A stretch of DNA of 64,000 nucleotides from Alphaproteobacteria bacterium (GTDB lineage: Bacteria > Pseudomonadota > Alphaproteobacteria > UBA828). Of this stretch, positions 10,049 through 20,530 are shown piece after piece; position 1 is the first letter of the stretch; every line of letters starts with the position of its first letter. Position numbers and translations under genes: made by a program. The notes below the pieces were generated by a model. That model saw only the letters and a list, made by a program, of their open reading frames with translations. It was not told the DNA's origin and did not search any database. The DNA lies in the NCBI GenBank assembly GCA_963422645.2, contig CAXXVO010000007.1, positions 608,001-672,000 of the forward strand. Reading direction: 5' to 3'.

Positions 10049-11056
10049 ATGAGTCAGGCCAAAGCGGGCCGGGTGCATGTCGCGGCGTTCGAGGAAGTGC
10101 CGCAGATCGATATCGGGCCGCTGTTCCAGGACGACGAGCCGGCCCGTCGCCACGTGGGCGATGCCGTGCGGGGCGCCTGCATCGACGTCGGCTTCTTCTA
10201 CATCCGCAATCATGGCGTGCTGAAGGCGACCGTCGACGATCTGTTCGAGCAGATGGCGCTGTTCTACGCCCTGCCTAAAGTCGCAAAGAGCGAAATTCAC
10301 GCCAGCAAGTCCCGGTACTTTCGCGGCTATTCCGGGCTCTTTGAGGAGCGGCACGACGCGGCGGCCGACTATTACGAGCCGCACGAGGTCGTCGACTTCG
10401 GCCGCGAGAACCAGCCCGACGACCCGCCGGAATGCGCGAGCAGCCTGCTCTACGGCCCTAACCTCTGGCCGTCGGACCCGCCAGCGTTGCGCCAAGCCGT
10501 CGAGGCCTATTACGCGGCCATGCTTGAGGTCTCGAACGCGCTGCTCCGCGCCTTCGCGCTCGCCCTCGCTCTGCCCGAGGCCTATTTTGGCGACCAGTTC
10601 GACCGCGCCGCAGGCGCGCTCAGGCTCTTGCACTACCCGCCCCAGCCCTCCGGCGAGACGCGGCTCGGCGTCGGCGCGCACACTGACTACGAGATGTTCA
10701 CCATCCTGGCGCAGGATGCCAATCCCGGACTTCAGGTCTTGAACGGCGCGGGCCGCTGGATCGATATCCCGCCGGTCGCGGGAACCTTCGTGGTCAATAT
10801 CGGTGACCTCATGGCCCGCTGGACCAACGACCGCTTCACCTCGAACATCCACCGCGCCGCCAATCGGACCGGGCGGAACCGCTACTCGATCCCCTTCTTC
10901 ATGGGCGCGAACGTCAACACCGAGATCCGGTGCCTCGAGAGCTGCACCGGCCCGGACGACCCGCCCAGATACCCGCCTGTGCTGGCGGGGGCGCATATCG
11001 AGGCCCGCCTCGTCGAACTGCAGAAGGCCCTGATGGAAGCGAAGCGCGCCAGCTAA
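10049..11056 (+). CDS. 2OG-Fe(II) oxygenase, isopenicillin N synthase family
   Basis: GFFYIRNHG, HTD...H iron triad and RYSIPFF motif. Confidence 0.92.
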   Translation: MSQAKAGRVHVAAFEEVPQIDIGPLFQDDEPARRHVGDAVRGACIDVGFFYIRNHGVLKATVDDLFEQMALFYALPKVAKSEIHASKSRYFRGYSGLFEERHDAAADYYEPHEVVDFGRENQPDDPPECASSLLYGPNLWPSDPPALRQAVEAYYAAMLEVSNALLRAFALALALPEAYFGDQFDRAAGALRLLHYPPQPSGETRLGVGAHTDYEMFTILAQDANPGLQVLNGAGRWIDIPPVAGTFVVNIGDLMARWTNDRFTSNIHRAANRTGRNRYSIPFFMGANVNTEIRCLESCTGPDDPPRYPPVLAGAHIEARLVELQKALMEAKRAS

Positions 11057-11305
11057 CCGCGCCGGGCGGCCGGCGCATTGACATGGCCGCTGCCCAGAGT
11101 TTCAAATGACCGAGGCACCATGCGTGCAGATGCAGCAGGGCATGGAAGACAAGGCGGGCCCCTCACAGGGGTATTGCAGCGGTCGTTCGGCACAGGCCGT
11201 CACTGTCCGCACCGCGCGATTACCCCCCGGCGGACGGGCCGTCCGGGATCGCAGGAGGTGGCGCCGGGCCATCCCTCGACAGGCTGACGCAGCAAGGAGG
11301 CTCCG

Positions 11306-12475
11306 ATGAATAACGGCGATAGTTCGAAGAAGACCGAAGGCACTGGTCTCAAAGTCAACCGACGCACCCTCCTGAAGGGTGGTGCGGCGGCGGCCGGCGC
11401 TGCGGCGGCGGGTTCACTCACCATCTTCTCGCGCACCGCGCGCGCTGCCGACACGCTACGGGTGCTGTGTTGGCCGGGCTATGAAGAGAAGGACGTGATC
11501 CAGGAGTTCGAGGATACGCACGGCGTCAACGTCGAGTTCAAGATCTACATCGGCGGCGAGCAGATGCTCCAGTTCTTCAACCAGACACCGCGCGGGACCT
11601 ACGACAATGTCCTGGCGGACGCCGAATACATCCGCAAGCTTGCGGCCATCGATGCGGTCGAGCCCTACAACCCGGGAGAGGTGCCCGAGCTCGCCAACTA
11701 CCACCCGAAATTCAACGACATGCACCAGGTGCAGGCGGGCGATGGGATGGTCTGGGGCACGCCGACGCGCTTCAGCTTCTACGCCATCTCGTATAACTCG
11801 GATCACATGAGCTTCGAGGAGAGCGGCGACTGGAACTCGCTCTTCCTGCCCAAGTTCGAAGGCAAGATCGGCATCTTCGACTGGTACCTGCCGAACATGG
11901 GCAATGCCAGCCTCGCCGTTCATCCCAACAAGGAGAACCCCTACGACCTGACTGACGAGCAGCTCGGTGCGGTCCGCGACTGGCTGCTGAAGCTCAGGCC
12001 CCAGGTCAACATGTTCGGCTCCGGCGCCCAGGCCATCGTGCAGGCGATGATCAACGGCGATGTCGTCGCAGGGATGATCGGCGATCTCGACATCGACCTG
12101 AAACTCGCCGGCTACACGAACATGGAATCGACCATTCCAGTGCAGGGCGGCATCCGTTGGCAGGAAGTGGCCACCATGTGCAAGCAGAGCGAGAACAAGG
12201 AGCTCGCGCTGGAGTGGATCAAGTACATGAGCCAGGCGCACGTCCAGGCCAAGCTCGCTTACACCAAGGCGTTCAAGGCGCGCGGCCCCAACCTCAATAT
12301 CGCCGACTACTGGACTGAGGAGCAGAACAATCTGCTCGGCTACTACCCCGATCCCAACAACCCCAGCCAGATGTGGGTGGAGACGCTGATCGACCGCAGC
12401 GTTGGCCGCGACCTTCCCGTGCAGCAGGATGAGAAGGCGTGGATCGACATCTTCAACGAGTTCAAGACGGGCTAG
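11306..12475 (+). CDS. PotD/PotF-like ABC substrate-binding protein, Tat-exported
   Basis: NRRTLLK signal and LCWPGY motif; followed by PotABC-like genes. Confidence 0.85.
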   Translation: MNNGDSSKKTEGTGLKVNRRTLLKGGAAAAGAAAAGSLTIFSRTARAADTLRVLCWPGYEEKDVIQEFEDTHGVNVEFKIYIGGEQMLQFFNQTPRGTYDNVLADAEYIRKLAAIDAVEPYNPGEVPELANYHPKFNDMHQVQAGDGMVWGTPTRFSFYAISYNSDHMSFEESGDWNSLFLPKFEGKIGIFDWYLPNMGNASLAVHPNKENPYDLTDEQLGAVRDWLLKLRPQVNMFGSGAQAIVQAMINGDVVAGMIGDLDIDLKLAGYTNMESTIPVQGGIRWQEVATMCKQSENKELALEWIKYMSQAHVQAKLAYTKAFKARGPNLNIADYWTEEQNNLLGYYPDPNNPSQMWVETLIDRSVGRDLPVQQDEKAWIDIFNEFKTG

Positions 12476-12570
12476 ATTACCGCAGCTCGGCAAGCATCGA
12501 GGGAGGTGGGCGCCGGCGTTTCCGTGCGCCGGCCCCGCCCCACGCTCGGTCCACATGAGCCTGACAGACG

Positions 12571-13704
12571 ATGGTGCATGAGCGTGTGAGCGCGACAACG
12601 GGAGGCGCGGTCGCCGACCTGGAGGTGCGCGGCATCGCCAAGCGTTTTGGCTCGGTGGTCGCCATTGAACGGGTCGATATCGACGTTCAGCGGGGCGAGT
12701 TCGTCGCCATCATGGGGCCGAGCGGCTGCGGCAAGACGACGCTGCTCAGGATCATCGCCGGCTTGGAGAGAGCGGACGCAGGTACGCTGCTGCTGCGGGG
12801 CGAGGACATCAGCGACGTGCCGGTGCACAAGCGCAGCACTCGGCTGATCTGGCAGGACTATTCGCTCTTCCCCTTCCTCAACGTGCGCAAGAACATCGAG
12901 TTCGGGCTGACGCTCAGGCGCCACGACAAGAAGGCGGTGCGTGCCAAGGTCGACGCCGTGGCCGCGCAGGTGCATCTGGACCATCTTCTCTCGCGCCGCA
13001 TCGGCCAGTTGAGCGGCGGTGAGAAGCAGCGGGTCGCCATCGCCCGGGCGCTGGTCACAGAACCCGAAATCCTTCTCCTCGACGAGCCGCTCAGCTCGCT
13101 CGACGCGCACCTCAGGATCAAGGTGCAGAGCGAGCTCACGGTGCTGCAGCGGGAGCTTGGAATCTCCTTCATCTACGTCACCCACAACCAGAGCGAAGCC
13201 TTCGCGATGGCGGACCGGGTGGTGGTGATGAACAAGGGTGTGGTGGAGCAGACCGGCCGGCCTGCCGAGATCTACAATCGTCCGGAAACCCACTTCGTCG
13301 CCGAATTCGTGGGCGCCAACAATATCTTCGAAGGCAGGGTCGCGGACACGGCGGGAGGCACGGTGGCGGTCGACTGCAGCCACGGCAAGGTCCACATCGC
13401 CGGCCACGGCAACAGGGTCGACCAGGGTGCCGCCGTCGAGCTCGTCGTGCAGGCGGACAAGCTGCGCCGCCGCCAGGACGGCGAGGACGGCCTGAACGCG
13501 ATTCGGGCGGTCCTGAGGGGCCGCGAGTTCACCGGCTCGCAGGTGATCTACTACCTGGAGACCGCTCAAGGCGTCGAGGTCAAGATGGTCCTTCAGGAAC
13601 CCTTCACCGAGGGCGAAGGCACCGAGATCAACTCGGAAATGGAGCTCTGCTGGGAGCCCGAGGACACCGTCATCCTCGGGCACCCGGACGCGCGCCAGCC
13701 GTGA
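12571..13704 (+). CDS. PotA-like ABC ATP-binding protein
   Basis: GPSGCGKTT, LSGGEKQR and YVTHNQSEA motifs; TOBE-like C-terminus. Confidence 0.92.
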   Translation: MVHERVSATTGGAVADLEVRGIAKRFGSVVAIERVDIDVQRGEFVAIMGPSGCGKTTLLRIIAGLERADAGTLLLRGEDISDVPVHKRSTRLIWQDYSLFPFLNVRKNIEFGLTLRRHDKKAVRAKVDAVAAQVHLDHLLSRRIGQLSGGEKQRVAIARALVTEPEILLLDEPLSSLDAHLRIKVQSELTVLQRELGISFIYVTHNQSEAFAMADRVVVMNKGVVEQTGRPAEIYNRPETHFVAEFVGANNIFEGRVADTAGGTVAVDCSHGKVHIAGHGNRVDQGAAVELVVQADKLRRRQDGEDGLNAIRAVLRGREFTGSQVIYYLETAQGVEVKMVLQEPFTEGEGTEINSEMELCWEPEDTVILGHPDARQP

Positions 13705-13743
13705 GCACGGCTTACCCAACACTGTGCTGAGGACGGGGGTCTT

Positions 13744-14652
13744 GTGACCGAAGGCAGCGTCATCCCCCCTTCAAACAGGAGTCCTCTCAAGCTCACGTTC
13801 CTGGCGCCGCCGGTCGCCTACTATGCGATTTTCTTCATCGCGCCGCTGGCATTCCTGATCGTGCTCGGCTTCTGGATCGTGCGCGACTATCAGATCGTCT
13901 CCGAGTTTTCGGTCACCAATTACGTCGACATCTTCTCCCAGTTCTTCAGCCGTTCGCGCTTCGGCTTCGCCCTGATCCAGTCGATCTATGTCGCGGTGAC
14001 CACCAGCGTGTTCGCCGTCATCTTCTGCTACTTGCTGGCGATGGGGATCGTCTTCTGCGTGCCCGAGCGCTACCAGCGGCTCTTCCTGGTGCTCGCGATA
14101 CTCCCCTTCTGGAGCAGCTACGTCCTCAGGCTCTTCGCCTGGCAGCTGATACTGGCGCAAAAGGGCGTGCTCAACTACGCCCTCGGCGCGCTCGGCCTAG
14201 ACGACCCCCTGATCATCACGAACACGCAGATCGGTACGCGCATCGGCCTCATCCACTACCTTTCGCCGATCCTGATCATCATCCTCTACATCACGCTCAT
14301 CAACGTGAACCGGAACCTGATCGAGGCGGCGCGCGAGCTCGGCGCGACGCGCCTGCAGGCGTTCTGGCGCGTGATCGTGCCCCTCAGCCGGCTCGGGCTG
14401 ACATTCGCCTTCGGCTTCGGCGTTATCGTCAGCTTCGGCGACGTGCTCTCGGGTATGTTGGTCGGCGGCGGGATCGGCCAGTCCTGGCTGGGCTCTTATC
14501 CGCTCTACTCCAACATGATCATGGCCGACTACAACAGTTACACCAACCTGCCCCGCACCGCGGCGCTGGCCACGGTCATGGTCCTCATCATGGTGGTGAT
14601 GCTGGTGGTCGCCTACCGCATGGCCGACCGGGCCAGGCACCGGATGTCGTGA
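13744..14652 (+). CDS. PotB-like ABC permease
   Basis: LPFWSSYVLR and EAARELGA motifs. Confidence 0.9.
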   Translation: MTEGSVIPPSNRSPLKLTFLAPPVAYYAIFFIAPLAFLIVLGFWIVRDYQIVSEFSVTNYVDIFSQFFSRSRFGFALIQSIYVAVTTSVFAVIFCYLLAMGIVFCVPERYQRLFLVLAILPFWSSYVLRLFAWQLILAQKGVLNYALGALGLDDPLIITNTQIGTRIGLIHYLSPILIIILYITLINVNRNLIEAARELGATRLQAFWRVIVPLSRLGLTFAFGFGVIVSFGDVLSGMLVGGGIGQSWLGSYPLYSNMIMADYNSYTNLPRTAALATVMVLIMVVMLVVAYRMADRARHRMS

Positions 14653-15473
14653 CCGTGGGCCGCCTTGATTTCTATCTTCGCGAGAACGGCTACAAGCTCG
14701 CCGGGCGCGTCTACCTCTTTCTCGGCTTCATCTTCCTGCTGTTGCCGATCGCCTTCCTGATCCTCTTCTCGTTTCAGAAGAACGTCTATTCCTCGCTCCC
14801 CCTCCGGGGCTGGTCGCTCGAGTGGTACGACAAGCTGGTGAGGGACGGAGTCCTCTTCGACGCGCTGCTGAACAGCCTTTATGTCTCTCCGATCGCGGCG
14901 ACTGGGGCCTCGATCATCGGCTTCCTCGCGGCCTATGCCCTCAACCGCTTCGTCTTTCCCGGTCGCCTGCTGACGGCGACGATCCTGATCCTGCCGATCC
15001 TGATACCGCCGCTGATCCTCGGCGTCTCGCTGCTGGGCCTGCTCTCCCGGATCGGCCTGCACGGCCAGCTCTACAGCATCATCATCGCGCACACGCTGCT
15101 GCTGACGGCGCCCGCCATGGCGATCATCCAGCTTCGCCTCGCGCAGATGCCGTCCACGCTGGAGGAGGCCGCCTGGGACCTCGGCGCGAACGAGCTCCAG
15201 ACCATCTGGCGCGTGGTATTGCCCTGGGCGCTGCCCGGCATCGCCGGCGGCTGGCTGCTGGCCTTCACCTTCTCGTTCGACGAATTCATCATCGCCTGGT
15301 TCGTGTCGGGCTTCGACCAGACGCTGCCGGTCGCCGTCTACAATGTCATGATCGCCTCGCACGATCCCTCGCTCAACGCGATCGGAACGATCGTCTTCGG
15401 CCTGCTCCTGCTCACCCTGCTGGGCGCCGAGCTGCTGATCATTCCGCTATTCATGAGACGCCGCACGACGTAA
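14649..15473 (+). CDS. PotC-like ABC permease
   Basis: LEEAAWDLGA and FTFSFDEF motifs. Confidence 0.9.
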   Translation: MTVGRLDFYLRENGYKLAGRVYLFLGFIFLLLPIAFLILFSFQKNVYSSLPLRGWSLEWYDKLVRDGVLFDALLNSLYVSPIAATGASIIGFLAAYALNRFVFPGRLLTATILILPILIPPLILGVSLLGLLSRIGLHGQLYSIIIAHTLLLTAPAMAIIQLRLAQMPSTLEEAAWDLGANELQTIWRVVLPWALPGIAGGWLLAFTFSFDEFIIAWFVSGFDQTLPVAVYNVMIASHDPSLNAIGTIVFGLLLLTLLGAELLIIPLFMRRRTT

Positions 15474-15505
15474 CGCTGCACCGCGATTCAAGGAAGGAGA
15501 GCGCG

Positions 15506-16033
15506 ATGGACAAGACAGACTACATGAGACGGGCGATCGATCTCGCGCGGGAGAAGATGCTTGAGGGCACCGGCTACTGGCCCTACGGCTGCGTCATCGT
15601 GAAGGACGGCGAGGTCGTGGGCGAGGGCTGCAACGATATGGGCTTCTCGCTCGACCCGACAGGCCATGGCGAGATCGTGGCGATCCGCGATGCCTGCAAG
15701 CGGCTCGGCACGATGGATCTCACAGGTTGCGAGCTCTACACCAGTTGCGAGCCCTGCTCGCTCTGCTCCAGCGCGATCTGGCTAACCAACATCGCCAAGG
15801 TGTACTACGGCGCCTCGCTGGAGGACTGCCGCGGCCATGGCTCGGATTTCGACCCGCTGCGCCGCGACGTCGGCAAGCCCATTCACGAGAGGAGCATACC
15901 GGCAGAGCGCGTGCTCGGTGAGGAGGGGAGCGCCCTGCTTGCGGAGTGGGCCGCGCTCATCGAGAAGACTCCCGCCATGCAGGAGGAGCGCAGCCGCCAC
16001 GCTCCCATCGGCGAGCGGTCGGGCTCGGCGTAG
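15506..16033 (+). CDS. Zn-dependent nucleoside/guanine deaminase
   Basis: HGE...EPCSLC motif; RBS AAGGAG upstream. Confidence 0.9.
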   Translation: MDKTDYMRRAIDLAREKMLEGTGYWPYGCVIVKDGEVVGEGCNDMGFSLDPTGHGEIVAIRDACKRLGTMDLTGCELYTSCEPCSLCSSAIWLTNIAKVYYGASLEDCRGHGSDFDPLRRDVGKPIHERSIPAERVLGEEGSALLAEWAALIEKTPAMQEERSRHAPIGERSGSA

Positions 16034-16066
16034 GCGACGGTAGGGCCGGAACGCGGGAGAGCGACG

Positions 16067-16480
16067 GTGAGCCTCGATGCCTTGCGAAATCTGACCGACA
16101 TCGGCCTCTTCGTCTCGGACCTGGAGCGCGCCATCGCCTTCTACGGCGAGACCCTCGGTTTCGAGCTCAAGCGCCGTGACATCGGCTTCGCCGAGTTCCA
16201 CACTAACGGCGTGGGCCTCGCGCTCTGGGAGGTCTCAGACGTGACCCAGGCGCTCGAGCTCGCAGAGACGCCCCGCCAGGGACTCTCCGTTATGGTGGCG
16301 GTCCGTGTGGAGACGGCGGAAACCGTGGACGCGCTCCACGACACGTTGGCGGCCAAGGGCGTGCGCATCGTTCAGCCGCCGACCACGCATTCGTGGAATG
16401 CGCGCACCACCTACTTCAGCGATCCGGACGGCAACCTCTGGGAAATATATGCCTGGGTCGACGCCCCGCGCACGATCTGA
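16067..16480 (+). CDS. VOC/glyoxalase family protein
   Basis: VSDLERAIAFY and YFSDPDGNLWEI motifs. Confidence 0.88.
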   Translation: MSLDALRNLTDIGLFVSDLERAIAFYGETLGFELKRRDIGFAEFHTNGVGLALWEVSDVTQALELAETPRQGLSVMVAVRVETAETVDALHDTLAAKGVRIVQPPTTHSWNARTTYFSDPDGNLWEIYAWVDAPRTI

Positions 16481-17108
16481 GCCGCTGGCGACGAAAGCCT
16501 CCACGCGTCCCTGCGCTGGCCGAGGCGCATTCGACATTCCCCGGTAAAGCCCGGCATCCCGTCCGGCCCAAGATCAGAGACTCTCGGGCCAAATTCCTGA
16601 GATTCTGCCCTCGTGGGCGCCTCGATCCGGCCGATGAAGGCGAGCCGCGCAGGCACCGACGACCGGTGCGGAAACGCGGCGTGCGGCCGGGCTGGCGCCA
16701 TACCGTTCTGCCCTTCTCGGTGCGTCCGCTGCCGTCCGCGCATAACAATTTCCAATCGGCCCCATTCAAAAATCCGTCTGGTTACTATGGAAGCGCTGCC
16801 CACCTGACTCGTTAGCGCATTCGTTTCGGATGCAGCCGCCACGCACAGCGCAAGCGGAGTCGGGTCATGGCAGCGCCAACCGTCGTCGAATGGATCATCT
16901 GCCCGCGGGACGTACGCTTCTCCCGCTGCGGCGCGCTGCGGTTCCGCGCTTCCACTGAAGCCTCGGGCCCGCCGCCCTGGGTCCTGCAGGCCCGCTGCGT
17001 GCCGCTGCCGGAGCCCGACCGCGGGTTCCGGAATCCGGACCCGACCCCGACAGAGCGCCGTGCACGGCTCCCCGTGCGCGGCGTTTTCGTCTTCGGAGGA
17101 ACGCAATC

Positions 17109-19090
17109 ATGACCCATCGCCAAGCCTTCACGGCCACCGTTGGACACGCCGAACAAGAAGCGCGGGGCAGGCGCTGCTGCCCGGCGGGCCGCGTCCTCCG
17201 CGCGATACTGCGACTCACCGTCCCGGCCCTGGTTGCGGTGGCGATGCTCCTCGGCGCCGGCGCGCCGGTCCGTGCGTTCCCCGGACTCGACCAACCGAGT
17301 GTGAGCATCGCCGCAGAGCACGGTTCCTACGGCTTCGGGATCGACGATGTCATCTTCAAGCTAAGACGCGCGGGTCCGGCGGACGACGCGGTCTCGGTTC
17401 GGGTTTCGCTCGCCCAGGCCCACCTTTACCTGCCGACCGACCGGCTCAACGCGGTCGTGCGGTTCCGGGCGGGCAAGAGGGATGCGGAGTTCCGCATCCG
17501 GGCGCGGCAGTTCAACGGTCCGGCGACGCAATCGGGCGCGCTGAGCGCGACGCTGGTCGCCGCGTTCGGCTACACGGTGGGGCACCCGGACAGCGCGCGA
17601 ACCCGCCTGGTGGTCAAGAATCCGGCGATCACGGTCCGCCCGGAGCAGGCTTCCTACACCGTCGAACCCGACGACGGGGCGGTTAGGGTGACGTTCGTGG
17701 CCCGCACCGAGGGCGAGTTGCCCCGGCCCGGCAAGGCATTCTCCCTCGCGGTGTCCTCGAAAGCCGCATCCGACGAGACGGCAGCGCGCCGCGTAGCCAG
17801 GGGCGTGTCGCAAACGGTCGAATTCAAGCCGCGCGACTTCGTTTCCACGGACGGAAAGTGGGAAGCGAGCAGGACGGTCTCCTTCTCGACGGCCGAAACC
17901 GCCGAGGGCCTGGAAGTGATGTTCAAGCGCGCGGCGTCGACTCCGGAGCGAATCCGGCCGCGCAATTCCGACGGCAGCACCTGCACGGACGATGTCTGCA
18001 TGGTGCCGGTGTTCATGGCCCAAAGCGAGGAACCGACGCTCACCATCGCGGCCGGGCAGGAGAGCTACGGTTTCGGGATCGACACCGTGGTCTTCACCGT
18101 CACACGCAACGAAACCGCCGAAGGGGAGATCGGCGGCGCGGTGACACTCTCGCAGGACGAAAATTTCGTGACTAGCGTTTCCCGGACGAACTTCACCATT
18201 CCAGCAAACGAGACGAGCACGGACGTCGAGCTGTTCCGGTCGCTCTTCGACGGCGACGCAGCGCAGTCCGGCGATCTGACCGCGACCATCGAGGCAGGGG
18301 ATGGATACGCGGTCGGCACGCCCGGCTCGGCAACGACCCGGATTGTCGTGGCGGACCCGGCAGTCACGGTGCGGGCGGAGCGGGCCGCCTACCGCTTCGT
18401 CGAAGGCGGTGCCGAGGCAACCGTCGCGGTCGTCGCGCGCACCGCGCCCGGCGTGCCCCCGCCCGGCAGCAGGTTCCCGATACTGGTCTTTTCGGACCCC
18501 ACATCGGGCACGGCCACTGTTGGCGACGACTACGAAGAACTGCTGACCAATGTCGTCTTCGGCCCCGACGACTTCACCGCCACGGGCGGCGTTTGGGAGG
18601 CGCGCAAAGAGGTCTCGCTAACGATCGTCGACGACGACGTGACGGAAGCCGACGAGACCGTCGAGTTGCGGCTCCGGTCCACTCCTGATTTTACGCCGCA
18701 GAGGATCCGGCCGCGCAACGCCGACGGAAGCGCGTGCGCCGATGACGTCTGCACGGTACCGGTCACGATCGCCGCCAACGATGGACCGCCGGTGGCCCGG
18801 ATCGAGATCACACCGGTTCCACCGGCGGCAAGCGCCGACCACGGCCCCTACTACATCAAGGACGACTTCCTCGCCCTGCCGGACGACACGGTGCACGGAA
18901 GGGGCGCCACGCTGACCTTCACGCTCAACCTCGACACCGAGGTGACCGTGACCGGCACGCCCGAGCTGGTGCTCGATATCTTCGATCGCGAGCGCCGGGC
19001 GCGCTACACCGGTGGCTCGGGCTCGCGGCAACTGACCTTCACCTGGACGGTGGAGAAGGGCGACAACGACCCGGACGGGCTGGAGTTCAG
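17109..19090 (+). pseudogene. large surface protein (Calx-beta/autotransporter), N-terminal part, interrupted by IS110
   Basis: Signal-peptide-like segment and two internal repeats; frame is restored when 19091-22310 is removed. Confidence 0.85.
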
Positions 19091-19238
19091 ATGCCGTAAT
19101 GGGGCTCGGCACCAATCGGCACCGTTGAAGCCTGTCGCGATGGTAGCGAATCGGGTGTCGTTGCCCTTACACGCTCAGCGTGTTCACGGGGTCTTGCCGC
19201 AAGGCGCGCCCCAATTCCTCGAAGGAAAGGGCAACGAC

Positions 19239-20282
19239 ATGAACGTCTATATCGGGCTGGATGTATCGCTGGCAAGCACGTCAATCTGCGTCATCGGCGA
19301 GAAGGGGAAGATCGTTACCGAGGCGCAGGTAGCCAGCACGCCTGAAGCACTCGTTGCGTTCATGGGCAAGCTGGAGCACGAGATCGCCGCGATCGGTCTT
19401 GAGGCCGGTCCCTTGTCCCACTGGTTGCACAAGGGTCTGACCGGCGCCGGCTTCGAGGCCGTGCTGATGGAGACCCGGCGGGTGAAGGCCGCGCTGAAGG
19501 CGATGCCGATCAAGACGGATCGCCGGGATGCGGAGGGCATCGCACGGCTGCTGCAGATGGGCTGGTTCCGGCCGGTGCACTGCAAGTCGGTGTCATCGCA
19601 GGAGATGCGCGCGCTGCTGACCTCGCGCAAGTCGGTGCTGAACGCGCTCACCAATATGGAGCTGTCACTGCGCGGCGTGTTGCGCAACTTCGGCCTGAAG
19701 CTGGGCCAGGTCTCCAAGGGCCGCTACGAGGCCCGCGTCCGGGAATTGATCGCCGGCAACGCGATGCTGGAAGCCGCGGCCGAACCGATCTTGCGCGCGC
19801 GGGCGGCTCTGCGCCGCGAGCTGGCCGGCCTGGAGAAGCTGGTCCGTAATCTGGCCAGGGAAGATCCGGTGTGCCGGCTGCTCATGACCATGCCCGGCGT
19901 CGGCCACGTCATAGCGCTGACCTTCATGTCCGCGATCGACGATCCCGGGCGCTTCCGAAGATCGAAGGATGTCGGCCCCTGGGTGGGGCTGACGCCGGGA
20001 CGGGCCCAATCCGGCGAGCGAGATATCGTCGGCGCCATCACGAAGTGTGGCGACGCAGGTCTGCGCTCGGCGCTCTATCAGGCTGCCACGGTGATGCTGA
20101 ACCGCACCACCGGCCCGAACTGGTTGAAGGCCTGGGCGCAGCGTCTGACGAAGCTCCGGGGCAAGAAGCGTGCAACGGTTGCCTTGGCCCGGCGCATCGG
20201 CGTGGTGCTCCATCGGATGTGGCGGGACGGCGCCGGGTTCCGGTTTACGCGCGAGGAGGCGATGGCGCTGCAGACGGCATAG
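19239..20282 (+). CDS. IS110 family DEDD recombinase/transposase
   Basis: YIGLDVS, GLEAG, KTDRRDA, QSG catalytic serine and ALARR motifs. Confidence 0.95.
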   Translation: MNVYIGLDVSLASTSICVIGEKGKIVTEAQVASTPEALVAFMGKLEHEIAAIGLEAGPLSHWLHKGLTGAGFEAVLMETRRVKAALKAMPIKTDRRDAEGIARLLQMGWFRPVHCKSVSSQEMRALLTSRKSVLNALTNMELSLRGVLRNFGLKLGQVSKGRYEARVRELIAGNAMLEAAAEPILRARAALRRELAGLEKLVRNLAREDPVCRLLMTMPGVGHVIALTFMSAIDDPGRFRRSKDVGPWVGLTPGRAQSGERDIVGAITKCGDAGLRSALYQAATVMLNRTTGPNWLKAWAQRLTKLRGKKRATVALARRIGVVLHRMWRDGAGFRFTREEAMALQTA

Positions 20283-20344
20283 GCGCGGCTGCATCCCACC
20301 GACAGTCAATTAGGAGAGGAGGAAAGAGTCGCGCCTGAAGGTGG

Positions 20345-20530
20345 CGATCCACCGGTGTCCCCTCGCCGGGACGCGGTTCCCGAAGATGCGCGTTTTGAAC
20401 CCTGTTCGCCGAACCGCCCTGTTGCGGTCGAGCACGTAGATCAGATCGGCACTCGGGAATCGTCTTGGACCAGGCATGACGTTGGCGGCCGCTGCGCCGA
20501 CCACGGACGGAAGCGAGAGCCTGGCGGCGG
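20345..20530 (+). ncRNA. candidate bridge/seek RNA of the IS1111 element (second copy at about 21927-22112)
   Basis: Four short segments match the target and donor flanks (see findings); boundaries are approximate. Confidence 0.6.

Noticed and set aside
16481-17108. Long intergenic region as an ncRNA or small genes
   Set aside because: No recognisable motif, and the ORFs look like noise; probably the promoter region of the surface protein
17109-20282. 1057-aa ORF as a natural adhesin-transposase protein
   Set aside because: It results from the IS110 insertion at 19090; the true C-terminus resumes at 22311
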